The notes under the pieces are model-generated. The model searched no databases, was not told the origin of the DNA, and was given only the letters and a program-made list of their open reading frames with translations. Source: Cetorhinus maximus (Eukaryota). From it: DNA of 64,000 nucleotides. The stretch is from NCBI RefSeq assembly GCF_964194155.1, contig NC_135899.1:70990001-71054000 (forward strand). Reading direction: 5' to 3'. The position numbers and the translations under genes were made by a program. Shown one piece after another: positions 46,291 through 59,500 of the stretch (position 1 is the stretch's first letter; every line of letters begins with the position of its first letter).

Positions 46291-46699
46291 ATATCCAGGC
46301 ATTGCAGTGTATTGCCTATATTTTGTATTTTCTCATACAACCTGTCTTGCTGTATTTGTTCATACTTCTTGCTGTTGAGTTTACATGTTGCCACCTCGCT
46401 ACAACTTTCCTTTCGGAGTTTGTCACTCATATCTGACTTTAATATGTGGTTTGTTTATTAATGGACATTGTCAGGATGAGTGACATAAAATAATGTAGAA
46501 CAGATTAAAATGTCACCCCTAGCAGTAGCAGAATTCAAAATGATGAAGGATTGTAGATTAAGTATAGCATGATTATTTTTTAAAATAATACATGGGAATT
46601 TCCATGTCACGAATCACTGATTTTGTTGCTAATCTTCCCAATGTGAACTTGTTCCATAATTTCCTATAAAACTAATTTACACACCGTGCAGCAAACTTG

Positions 46700-47470
46700 C
46701 CATCCCATGATCCTTGGAAGAAGTGTGACCAAGGGTGGGCAAGGTTTCACACAGGTGCTCAATTATTTCTCTAAGTGCTGTCTGTGCATGCACAGCTTCT
46801 CTGGCGGGCTCTAGTATGATCATTGTGCCCTGTAATCTTCATTCTTTGTAGCATTGCTTGGTGGATCACATGTCTTCATTTCTCACGGTCCTAGAGAAGA
46901 TCTCCATGTTCTAGGACCTGGGACCAGTTGCAAGGTTCGAGTCAAGTGCTTCTTGGTCGCTTAGGGGTCGTTTTCATGTCTTCCAAGGACAAAGAATGAG
47001 TGCCTTGGAGGTGTCATGTGACTTCTTGACAGCACCACAAGCAGTGCTGAACATCTTTTGGTCATTGTGACACTTGGAGTTTTCTGACCTGATAAATGAG
47101 GGAGTGGTCATATTGGCAAATGCAGCAAAGACACCACTGGTTTGCTGCATTAACTTCTGCAGTGCTGCATAGGAGATGATCCAAGTCTCCATCACATACT
47201 GGAGAATTCAAATTATGTAATTATTTGTATAGGCAAAACTTTCGTGGAAGTGGGAGGTGCAACAACAATGCTCGTGTCCAGCTCCATCAATGCTTGGCAC
47301 GTTCGCACAATTCCATGTCTTATTTCTGCTTTGCTTCAATGTGACGTACATCTGGGATTATTGATCTATAAATTGCTCCACCCATTTCACAACCTCACTT
47401 GAAAATCCAGAGATTGTAAACCCATCCTTTACACTCTTTTTGGGGTGGGCAGGAACACCATGTTTGTTGC
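46700..47470 (-). mobile_element. Decayed RTE-like LINE fragment
   Basis: Minus-strand remnants resembling the RT C-terminal region; weak signal. Confidence 0.4.
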
Positions 47471-49261
47471 TATCTCCTGTCATGGTTACTCACACACCAT
47501 GCCTCCTGCCTCGGCCCTCCTCCTCTAGGATAACAGGAACATGCCTATTGTGACAACTAGTGGAGCTACTTTGCCATTCTGAATGCAGTGTATAGAGTGG
47601 AATTCTACAAATATTAGTACTGGGAACCAACAGGTGTCTGGGTGTGGAAAATGGATTCAAGCAAAGTAAGTAACAAAAAAAGAAACTGGAAGAGATCAAT
47701 TCAAAAGTTCAGAAATCAAGCTGCAAATAGTTCTGCCTGGCTGAGAGCCCTAAGTGATACTACTAGAAGGTGATATCAGCATGAACCCAAGAAATTGCAG
47801 CTATTTTAAATAGGGACAGAGCTGTTTTAAATTTTGGAGGGTTTTGTTCTGTAAAGAGCACTTTACCAAATTGACAAATGTTCCAGCAAATTAGAATAGG
47901 GTTAATCAGTTTATCTCATACCATACCTTCCACTGGTTCTTGCCCTTGAAAAAAGCTTTACAACGTAGATGCGCCACTGTCGCAGCAGAAGCTTCCAGGA
48001 AATTCCCAACCAATGTATTTTAAATATAGAAGCTCCTGGTTATAAAACTAACTTTAATTTGTATGATGCTTTGCACAACCTCAGGATGTCTTGCAGCCAA
48101 TGAAATACTTTTTGGGTAGTTACAGTTTCTGTATATTTGCCTACTAAGCAAGGTCCTGTAAATGACAGTGGGCTAGTGGATACTGTAAGTTGCATAAAGG
48201 GTTTCAAGGCTTGTAAGTCAGAGAATCCTGACGAAAGTTCCTCATTAACTTGACTGATTCTCTCTCTCTTGCTCTTCCTTTTCTGATCTGCCATAATGCA
48301 GGTTGCCTGAATCCCATTACTGAATTTAGCCTGGACAGGAAAAGCAAGTTGCAGTAAATTACTTGGGGAGCTCAGAGATAGAGGACAATTGCCAGATCTG
48401 GGGGAGCAATAGTAACACAGTAATTATAATTAGTTTTACATTAGTTAAAATGAAGGTTACTGTGTCAACTGTACCTAACCATATATTTAATGCTGATGAT
48501 TTGAAAATCTTCAGTATAAGTGGCTAAGTTGGCAGCCATGTCCACTATGAGCTACGTTGATCCCCCACACATACGCACACTGACTTGGCATCTAATTAGT
48601 AATTATGTTTTGTATGTAGTGCTGTAACTGTTGCTTTACTGATAATAAAATCAAGTGCAAAAGAGTCCCATAAAAATGTTCTTGTAATAATTCTTTTGTG
48701 TATATAATTCAATTTTGCACAGACAGGTAAAGCAAACTTGAGTGCACATTTATCATTTATGACCTTTCTCTTGCTTTGGTAAAGTTGCTATGGGGCTCAA
48801 TCAAACTTTAATGACTTGCTATTTTATGTAATCAATATTTTTTCATTTGTGTTTTTAATGATAAAGTGTACATGCAATGTAACAATTGCAAAATTACTAA
48901 GTATTAAAATCAGTTCCATAAATGAATAAACTTCAAAAATAGTGGAACAATGACTGGATCTATTTATTGTAATACTTGGAACTTTGTGCTGTGCCATTGA
49001 AGATAAACTATATGTCCATAATTCTCTGCATTGTGAATGCTTTATCTTGGTCATATGCTTGAGTCAACATTAAACATTGCTTCCTCATACGGAGGAGTGG
49101 AAAAGTTGAGTATGTTGCTCAGGGCTGCACTTGTATTCAATTCATCGGCAGATCAGTGTGCTGGTTGTAGAAATTTGGGAACTGTTTTTCACTGGTCCTG
49201 ATTTGGGAGAGGAATATGTAATTTGGGAAAACTTATAGGGCAATTAATAATGTGGAAGAAA

Positions 49262-49470
49262 TTAAACAGAAGATGCAGGAATTACTCGGGGCCTGGCAGC
49301 GTCTGCGGCTAGAGAAATAGAATTAATATTTTAGGTCTCTGATGGTTGCAACCTGAAACATTAACTCTTTGTTTTTTCTCTTACCACAGATGCTTCCAAA
49401 CCTGCTGAGTATTTTCTGTTTTTTATTTCAGATTTCCAACACTCAGTTGCAGTGTTTTGCTTTTGTATTT
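49262..49470. mobile_element. Palindromic Penelope-derived element
   Basis: Reverse arm cctggcagcgtctgcgg, then degenerate ctgatg...gaaacattaac, then forward arm cagatgcttccaaacctgctgag. Confidence 0.65.
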
Positions 49471-50129
49471 GGAAGAGGTGGTTTGGCAAAACCTGTCTCA
49501 TTGGTGCTTCTATTAGGGTTAGTATAGGATGAGAGAAATTGAAAACGTGGCAGGTAATTTGTGGATTCTGCATTTTAAGAATGAATCTGAAATGTTCTGT
49601 AAACAGCACTTTAGATTTGTTCTCAGATGGTCTGTATAAGAAAGCATTCATATATCGCTGGAACCTTTTGGGTGTGTAATCTGACACAGATTGATAACAC
49701 AGATAATAATGAGGCCTAGAATTTTGTGAAAGTGGTGAGCATTCCATAGTAGAAGACCCAACTTGGAGATGATCAGGACTAATAGGTTAAAATATTTTGC
49801 TGATGGACATTAGCATCGTGTGGTATAAAATGAACGTAACTGTAAGCTTACATTACAGTAGCAATCGCCCTCTGTCCTTCATCTTTCTATCCCCACTGTA
49901 ATTTCTAGACCATCATGGTAGTCTGATGTATCCGAGGGACCAATTTCAAGTAAATTTGTTTGGCGGTTAAAGGTGGCATGCCTACCAGTGGAAGCAGGAA
50001 ACTAAATGAACCTTTTGTGGTAAACTCTGTAATCTGATATCTGGGTACGGTTAGGTCCACGGTACTCCAGGACACTTTTAATTTGTCAGCCAGTCTGATT
50101 CATTAATGGAACATTGAGGCATTGCCAAT

Positions 50130-51470
50130 TAGGACATGAAACAATAAGAACTAGGGGCTGCAGTAGGCCATTTGACCTTTCCAGCCTGCTCAGCCATTCA
50201 ATAAAATCATGGCTGATCATCTACCTCAATTCAACCTTCCTGTACTATCCCCATATTTCTGAATTCTCTAAATTCCCAAAAATCTATCAACCTCAGTCTT
50301 GAACATATGCAACAACTAAGCATTTACAAGTCTCTTGTGGCACAGAATTCTAAAGGTCCACAATTCTCTGAGAGGTGTAATTTCTCTCCATCTCAGACCT
50401 AAATGGCTGACTCTTTATTCTGATACTGTGACCCCAGTGTTCTAGATTCCTCAGCCAAAGGAAACAATTTCTCGGCACCTATCCTGTCAAGCTCCTTGTG
50501 AATTTTATGGATTTCAATTAGATTATTTTTTTATTCTTCTAAACTCTAGGGAATATAAACCTAATCTACACAATCTTCAAAGGACAATCCCTTCATCCCA
50601 GGGACAAGTCTAGAGAAACTTCGTTGCATTGCCTTTAGGATAAGTATGGCCTTGGGTAGGGAGGTCTTATGGCACAGTGGGAGCATCTCTACATCTGGGC
50701 CAGAAGCTCTGGGTTCAAGTTCCACTTCAGGACTTGATGGCCATGGAAGGTGTATTCATAACATGGCCAAACAAGTTGATTACCAGCCTGTAAATCTTTT
50801 CAATACACCTGATGGCAGACAAGAAGAGCAGGAGAATTTCCTGGTCAGTCATACTGAAGAAGGCAACGGCAAACTGCTGCAGTGCTTTGCCAAGCATAAT
50901 CATGGACCAATCCAATGGAAGCCCATGGTCGCCAACACCCCCTTAGGACATGGTACCTGAAGGAGGAGGGGAATGTCCTTGGGTAAGCCAACCAAACTTG
51001 CCTACAAGACTCCAGGTGTGACCTCAACCTGTACAGTTGTATTAGATTCTTTACCCTTTTCTCCAATTCCTTTGTAACAAAAGTTAAATATTTGCCTTCC
51101 TAGTTGCTTGCTTCACCTGTATGTTAACTTTGTGATTCACGTACAAGGACACCCTCGTCCATCTGCCAACATTTTCTAGTCTCTCACCATTAACAAAAAA
51201 TCTTGCTTTCTTCTATTTTTCATACCAAAGTGAATAGCTTTACACTTTGCCCCATTATACTCCATATGCTATGTTCTTGCCCCCTCACGCAATCTGTTTA
51301 TTTATATCTGCAGCCTCTTTGCAACCTCCTTACTGCTTACCTTAGTATCATCAGCAACTTTGATGTGCTACACTCAATCTGCTCATCTATGTCATTAGTA
51401 TAGATTGTAAATAGCTGAGACCCAAGTACTGATCACTGTGGGGACCCACAATTACAGCCTGCCAACCCTT
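50130..51470 (-). mobile_element. CR1 3' fragment with an inserted tRNA-derived SINE (about 50655-50965, + strand)
   Basis: CR1 tail in reverse; SINE A box tggcacagtgg and B box gggttcaagttc; second SINE copy at about 51750-51940. Confidence 0.7.
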
Positions 51471-53544
51471 TCTTTTCACTTACAACCAACATGCTGGATT
51501 ATTGAGAGCCAAGTGGACAACCAACAGGAAGTAACGCTGGGAAGTTACAAAGTTTTAGCTGATTGAACTCCAGTAGCAATCCTGTGCACACTTGGCTCTG
51601 CTAACTTACCCAAGTCCACAGAATTTCAGTGTAAGTGGAATGTGCCCCTATTTGGGGAGGGTGCAGTTCATTTTGGATAAATGAAAACCCCTAAAGGTCA
51701 ATATAGATTTCCCAGTAACTGAATTTGGAGGTCATCACATTTGAGTTTGAGAGTCTTGTGGCACAGTGGGTATCGTCCCTTGCCTCTGGGTTCGAGTCCC
51801 ACTCCAGGACTTGATGGCCAAGGAAGGTGCATTCATGACGTGGCAAAAAGATCGACCTGCAAATCCTTCCAACACATGCCAATGGTAGGCGGGAAAGAAT
51901 GGGGGAGATTCCTGGTCAACTTTTTGATGGAAATAATGTTGAAGCTTCTACCATCACTACCCATAGCTCCAGACTACATGTGCTTGTAAGAGTGCATATT
52001 GCCATAGCAACTCTGACTCCCTGAGTGAAATGTAACACACCACCACCACTATGTTCGAGTTTCTGTGTCTTCGCTAAGTTTTGGCTCACTGAAAGAAATC
52101 ATAAGTTGGATCATCAATATAACAAAAACAAGGAGTAACCTCTGTAGAAACCATGTTGCAATTGAAATAGGTTTAATACATTTGTTCTATGGAAACATTC
52201 TAGGATGTAATTAATACATATTTGCATCAGACAAAACATGTCACTTAATCTTTTTCAAATGATTTACTTGACAGATAAGGAAATCAGGAAATTATAGTCT
52301 GTTGCAAAAATGTGTTTCACAGCATAAGACTAACATTGCCACCACCCTGTATCTTACGTTTAAAAAGATTTTTTTTTTAAATGCCCTAAAGCTGATACAA
52401 AACTATTTTGGTGGAATATTGTAGTTAGAAATGAGATTTTAAAAAGTTTATGAGTGATGCTAGGTGGAAAAAGTCATACTGAGTGGATATATGGATTTGT
52501 AACGATGGAAATTATTGAATCCCATTCCACTTCTCATTGTTTATAACACCTATAAAATATTTTCAATTTTAAAAAGGTTTTATTTAGAAGAAGCTAGGAG
52601 AAAACATGTCAATTTTCAGTGGTGGTGTTGGATCAGTAGAAATATAAAGGTAAAATTTGCAAATTTGCACTGCTGCTGAGAAGCTTCACATGCAACAGAA
52701 TGTGTCAGAAATTTAGACTTGCTGTCCAGTGGAAACTATTTTTAAAAATGAATTGAGAAACACTTGGCTGACCTTCATGCCTAAATCTCTGATATATGCT
52801 GTTGGCAAACAAAGCTTCAAACTGGAGGACAAATTTGTGAAGTCTATAAAATTTCAAAACACACCCAGTAATGTTCCCAAATGACCATTCTTCAGGTGTG
52901 AGCCCAGACAGTAGGCATTGGCAGGTTGTTTGAATGTGAGAAATATAACAGCCAACCTTGATTTTCTTATTCACAGACATTTTTCCATCAGGAGCACTGG
53001 GTAGTGATCAGGGATGGAAACTCCATCTGATTTTCCATTCCTTTCCAAGGGACACTGAAGTCATTACAGAACACTATTGTTGGCCTGGCTGATATGACCT
53101 AACTCAGCACAGACTGTGGAACCTGGAACCTTCCTGGTCTATATGGCTCTTCCAAAGTTTGCCATGTGCTTCGTGAGGGAAGCTCACTCTTCCTGAATAT
53201 TTGCTTGTTTAACATCTCTTCAGCTATTTTTAATGCTAGGTTAAAAGTTTCACATGAGCAGGAAAAGCAAACTTGTACACATTCAATACAATGTTTAAAT
53301 AAAAAAACAGAAAAAATATGAATAATGCATTAGCTATAGCTTTTTGACAAAAGGACCTCCCAATCCAGTGGGTTTTCAACATGTATGGACTCACTTCATG
53401 ATACGTTAATCCTCTGCTAAAATTCAAGAGATTTTTGTTCTTTTTCTTGGTACACTTCTTGTGAAATTAATTCCAACCTTCTGAAATGACTCTTCACCTC
53501 TTGCCTCTGTTGTTTCCAAATAGGAACCATGTTGGTGAACGTTT

Positions 53545-53571
53545 TCAGAATGTAGTTACTAAATGTGGATA
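53545..53571 (-). CDS. RHCE: RH exon 10 equivalent (terminal coding exon)
   Basis: Acceptor ctaatatag after a T-run; [11 protein letters not shown]. Confidence 0.82.
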   Translation of the reverse strand, partial: YPHLVTTF

Positions 53572-56500
53572 CTATATTAGAAAAAAAAATTGAATCAGCT
53601 CTATTGTTAATTACTTGCAGTGCAGTTATAGAAGAGACTCCAGAGCAAAACTTGCCACATCTTAATAGTACGTAACAGAGTTCCTCTTAGAAAAAAATAG
53701 ATTTAATGAAAGGTTGATGTAAACAGCAGTTTACTTATATTAATTACTTCAGCTGTTCAGCTTTTATGCCATTTAGAATTGCATACATTTTAATCTATAA
53801 CATTATAATTTGAAAGATTGGAGTTTGTGTTTATTTAAAATGCCTGATGCCTGTGTCATTGTTATTTCAAATGAGACGGCATGTTGCATTTTAGGTTAAA
53901 GCCAGAGGCAATTATTTAAAAGACTTAGAGTTATTTTATTTCCATTGAGGAAAGCCCTTTTGGGCCACCAAGTCTGATTTAGATAGAGACAACTCTAGCT
54001 TTTCAAATGATTTACCGTCAGGGGGGTTGTGCGGGGGCCGGAGCGGGCAACTGCGGACGTGATCGGCGCCCCTGATCGGGTCCGCGCTGCCATTTTACGT
54101 GGGCGGGCCAATTAAGGCCCGCCCGGTGTGACACGCACCCGGAAGCCCTTTGTGGGCTGGTGGGGGGGGGGGTTCCCTGAGTCGGGAATGTACTCTTTCG
54201 TGCATGCGCGTGAAAGAGTGCAGAAATCTCCCTGAGACACAGAGGTGCCTCCAGGAGATAGGTTTTAAGTTTTAAAAATGTTAATAAAGAAAGAAAAAAA
54301 TTTAAGACATGTCCCCTCATGTTACCAGACTGATTCCTGGAATGGCGAGACTGACATATGAGGAGAAGTTGAGTCAGTTAGGATTATATTCGCTGGAGTT
54401 CAGAAGATTGAGGGGGGATCTCATAGAAACCTATAAAATTCTAACAGGACTAGACAGGGTAGATGCAGGAAGGATGTTCCCGATGGTGGGGGAGTCCAGA
54501 ACCAGGGGTCACAGCCTGAGGATATGGGGTAGACCATTTAGGACTGAGGTGAGGAGAAATTTCTTCACCCAGAGAGTGGTGAGCCTGTGGAATTCGCTAC
54601 CACAGAAAGTAGTTGAGGCCAAAACATTATAGGTTTTCAAGAAAGATTTAGATATAGCTTTTGGGACGAAAGGGATCAAAGGATATGGGGAGAAAGTGGG
54701 AGAAGGCTATTGAGTTGGATGATCAGCCATGATCATAATGAATGGCAGAGCAGGCTCGAAGGGCTGAATGGCCTACTCCTGCTCCTATTTTCTATGTTTC
54801 TATGTGACATTGTCACATGAGATGGGACATGTCAATGAACTTTAATTAAAAAATTTATTTAATTTATAAACCCTTCACGAAACATCATCCCACAAGTGGA
54901 TGAGCTTCCATGAAAAATGCGAAGGCCGCCTAGGCTCTTCGCCTGCCCGCCAACCTTAAGGTTTGACAGGCAGCTTTCTCAATAGGTTTAATCAGTTAAT
55001 TAATGGCCTTAACAGGCCTTTGACAGTTCGGCGGGCGCGCAGATGACTTGGCTGCACTCCCACCAAACTGAAAATCTAAATGATGCACAGTGATGTCTGG
55101 ACACAAGCCTGATGTGACCCCATGTCATTTTACGCCTTGGCGAGCAGGCCCCGCCCCTTCTCACCGAGCCGAAGATTCAGCCCTCAGAATAGTTTACTGA
55201 TAAACCTGTTGCCACTTAACAATTCTATGACGTGAATCTTCAGGCACTGGCGGCGTCTGTGCATTTAGCCTGCAGTCCAGTGGAACTGCTGTGCTCTGCT
55301 GGTGCTACATTTAGAATGAGACAACTGACAATTTTTCTTGAACAGTCCATTCCTTGGACAGGAAGAAAAACAAGTGAAGAGAGAATGAGAAGTGGAGGAG
55401 GAGGGACAGAGAAAGAAAAGTGGAAGTAGAGAGAGATAAAGATTAGTGAAGGAAGAGAGAGATTTGAGAGAAAGACTAAAGTCACTGGGAAAGAAAATTG
55501 CATGGTGCGTATTTTGATGACTCATCATTGCCTATTTTTTGTTGCCACTCAACATGAATTTCACCCCCGTTATTTTTGCAAAGATCACCGTCAGTGCACT
55601 GAGGTAAAAGAGCGTTAGAGTTTTGGACATTTTTGGTGGGGCCTAACCTAATAGGGTTTGAGAACTACTGAATCAGCCAGTCTGGTTCAAATCCATGATT
55701 AAGAATGACAGCAGGCTTGAGCAAGAATATTTTTCACTTATTTAGACAATGGTACAGTGCATACGAGTACTCATGCATATTGCCAGGGGGATACTGGTTC
55801 ATTTCTGCATCCCCATGAATTCTTGATCTTAGCTGCACCACTGCTGAAGTGAAGCAAGGTAATTCCCGAGAAAAAGGGAGAGACAATCATATTGAACTGT
55901 CTCCTACTCTGGCTCAAGAGCAATGTAGTTGAAACCTGCGACCAGGTTGTTTGTCCATTGTTTTAGGTATAGAAGGTGCATCACCCAACGAAGCAAATGA
56001 AAAGAGAAATAAGAAGATAAAACAGTACAATTCTGCCCAAAAGATACTGTTTAAAATATTGGTTGTAACTGGTGAGTTCTCAGGCAAAAGGACCAAAGAG
56101 AATAGAAAGTTCCCATCCAAAATAGCGCTGCTACACAATATATTATGTGCACCAGTCAATAATTATTCATAAAATAAAAACTCGTTCAGAGATAATTTGA
56201 ACCTGTGAGTAAAATCTCATTTGGAATAATTAACTCAATAACAGTAACATTTCCCAAAGGGAAATAGGGTACTTCTCTTGTGCACAGGTGGTTTCCTCCT
56301 TACCTCCCAATATGCTTGGTCGTCATAGCATTTTAAATCAGGGGGCTGCTTCCAAATATTTAACTTCAGAATAAAACCTGCAAACAAAATAAAAGGGAAA
56401 GTTATAAAGTAGCATCTTTAAAGGCACAAACTATTTATTAAAAATATATTCAAGTTCCACTCAGGACTTAAGCATCTAAATTGACACTCCAGTGCCATAC

Positions 56501-59500
56501 TGAGGGGATGCTGCATTGTCAGCGGTGCCATAATTTGGATAAGATGTTAAACTGAGGCTCCATCTATCTGCTCTGACACTTGAAATGGATGATATATTAT
56601 TCCAGGGAGAGCAGAGAGCTGGTTCTTAATGTTCTGGTCAACATCTTAACCAAAATCAACAAAATGCAGAATAACTGACAATCATTACAATTTGTAGGAT
56701 CTTTTAACGGCTACAAACATTTGCCCGATACACCAACAAGCCACTGCACTTCAAAGCAGGTCACAGAACAAGAGACACCTTGAGACATTTCTGGAAACCA
56801 TAATTCAATTCTTTCCCCCACCCCCGCCCCTAAATGATATAATCCTGTGAGCACTGAAGTCCCTTCAGTTTTATGTATATCTGCAGCATAGCACCAGTGC
56901 ATATGGTTTCCTACTTTGGGCTCTTCACAATGCTCATGAACAGGTGAGGCAGGTTGCCATTTTCATTTGCCATTGGTAAACATTAAATGCTTGGTTTTGT
57001 TCGAATCTTCATTGCAAGACAGTTGTTCCAGGAAGGCCTTCTATTGCATGCATGAAATAAATTTAATATTCCAAATATAAAATGATGTAATGAGTATACA
57101 TCATGTGTTTTTCTAGGTCACATGTTGTTTGGGGAAAGGTTAATGCTAAGGAATGGGAGTCTGTTGTTTTGATTCATCTTCAGATGATCCAAAGCCAGAT
57201 TCTAATTTGAACCCATCAGGAAAATCTAATTTCAATATTAAGAAATACATGTATTTTAAATACTGTTATTAACTACTGATAGTTACTTTCTTTGTTCTCA
57301 GGACATAGGGAACATTGTCAAGGCGACATTTATTCCCCATTCAAGGTTGCCCTGACAGAGATAGGACTATTAATGAAGCCATTGTAGATAGGTGGGCTGA
57401 GAATGCTTCTCTGAGGAATATATGGAGGGATGTTCTGGGGCTCTGGTGGCAATCACAGCCACCTTATTTTGTGTCAAGTATGACTGTAGCCACTGGAGAG
57501 TTCCCCCTTTGCTCTTCATTGACTTGAGCTTCTTAAGGATCCTTGGTGCTATACTTGTCAAATGCTGCCTTAATTGAAGGCAGTTATTCATTCCTCTCTT
57601 TTGGAGGCTTGTTTCCGTGTCCCAGTTAAGGTTATAATGAGATTTGTCACCAAGTAGTTCTGGTAGAATCTGAACTAAGCATTACTGAAAGTTATAGATG
57701 AATAGGTGCCACTTGTGACAATAATGATAACTTTTACCATTATTTTGCAGATGATTTGGGAGGTTGCTATTCAGGTGCTACATGGGCAAATTAGATTTAT
57801 CCTGGTTTTTGTGGCTAGGACATACTTGAGCAATCTTCCAAGTAGACACCAGTGTCATGTCTGTACTGGAACAGTTTGATTAGAGGAGCAACTAGCTCTG
57901 GTGCACAGTTACAGCCAGGGTGTTGCAGCGCCCATTATTTTTGCAGTATCACAAAAGACTTAGCTACTCCATAATGTCATGTGACTTGAACTAAATCGAC
58001 TGAACACTGATATCTATGTTGGTGGCAACCTCACCCACTCGGTACTTTTATGTGAAGATGTTGCAAACACTTGCCTTGTCTCTTGCACTCATATGGTTGT
58101 GAACAGTGTTGTTATTGATAATCCTCCTCCTGTTTGACTACCTTCCATTTGACCAAATGTGATAAATCCACAAAGCTTTGCTCTGATCCATTGATTGTGG
58201 AATTGCTTAGCGCTATGCCTGTGGCCTGTTGTATTACATGTTTCACACGCAGCCAGCCCTGTGCAGTAGCTTCACATGGATTATACCTCATTCTAAGGTA
58301 TGCCTGGTGCTGCTCCTGGCATGCCCTTCTACACTCTGCATTGAACCAGGGATGCTTTTCTGCCTTGATGTTGGCTGAAAGATATGATTTTGTGAGCATG
58401 ACTACATTAGGCTGTTGCTTGAATAATCTTTGGGACAGTTCTCCCGACTTGGGCACCAGATGTTGGTAAAGAGAACTTCTCACGGTTGATCGGGCTGAGA
58501 TTGCTTTAGTCTTAGTCTGATTTTATGGCTGAATCATCACTGATAAATCTGTCCCTTTTTTTTTCATATCATTTTATTCTGTAGTGATTACTGACAACCT
58601 GCTAGGTCACTACAGAGGCATTAAGAGTCCATCACCAAGAGTGGAACTAGAAGCCCCTGTAGGCCAGGCTGGGTCAAAACGGCAGACCCCTTTCCCTAAA
58701 GGACATTAATGAACCAATTGGGTTTTTATAGCAATCTAGGAGCTTTCATATTTATTCTTCCAAACTTTGATAAATAGTGTTAAAATGAAGTTTTTTTAAA
58801 AGAACTTTCATTTTTATTAACAAACCCATTATTACGCTCTTGAAAGAGACACTGGCGCAATGACCTATTTGACCTGTAGATGGAGTGATTGTGCTCCTTT
58901 CATAAAGTTGAATACTCAATGTGGTTCAGTTGCTAAATACAATGTCTGAGGTAGTGCTGAATCAGAAAGCTGCAGTGTTCCTTAATTCTCAATCTGGAAA
59001 GTTGAAAATCACTGACAGCTCTATAAATAAAAACACTTTATTTTTACAATGTTGTTATGAATATTCAAATAACATTTTCATTCATGCTTCTCTACTTCCA
59101 ACAAATTTAATGTGCTGTTATAGTTTCTGCTCAATCAAATTAAGGAAGTTTCATTCTGGAATCTATTTGATTTGTTAATCCTATAGTTTTTTTAGGTTAA
59201 CGCCGCCCAAGGTTCATCATTGTTCTTTCCGAGATCCCTGTACAATTTAAGCATTAGTGGCATCTGTCCTAATTTACAAATGAGTTCCCCACTTTGCCAT
59301 GATCACTTAATTTATCTCTACCAAAATCCACAAGAATTATAGCTAACTTGCCTCCACTCTTCATTATCCCCAAGTAAAAATAAGCTTTTCTTTCCTGAAA
59401 CTAAGCGCCACAAGACTAAACCAAGTACCTGAGCTCCACCATCAATGATAGACTTTCTCACCTTGATGGATCATGCGATCTTAACAGCCTCTTCAAAGAT

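Noticed and set aside
50655-50730. tRNA-like A/B boxes
   Set aside because: Head of a SINE (second copy near 51750); no cloverleaf.
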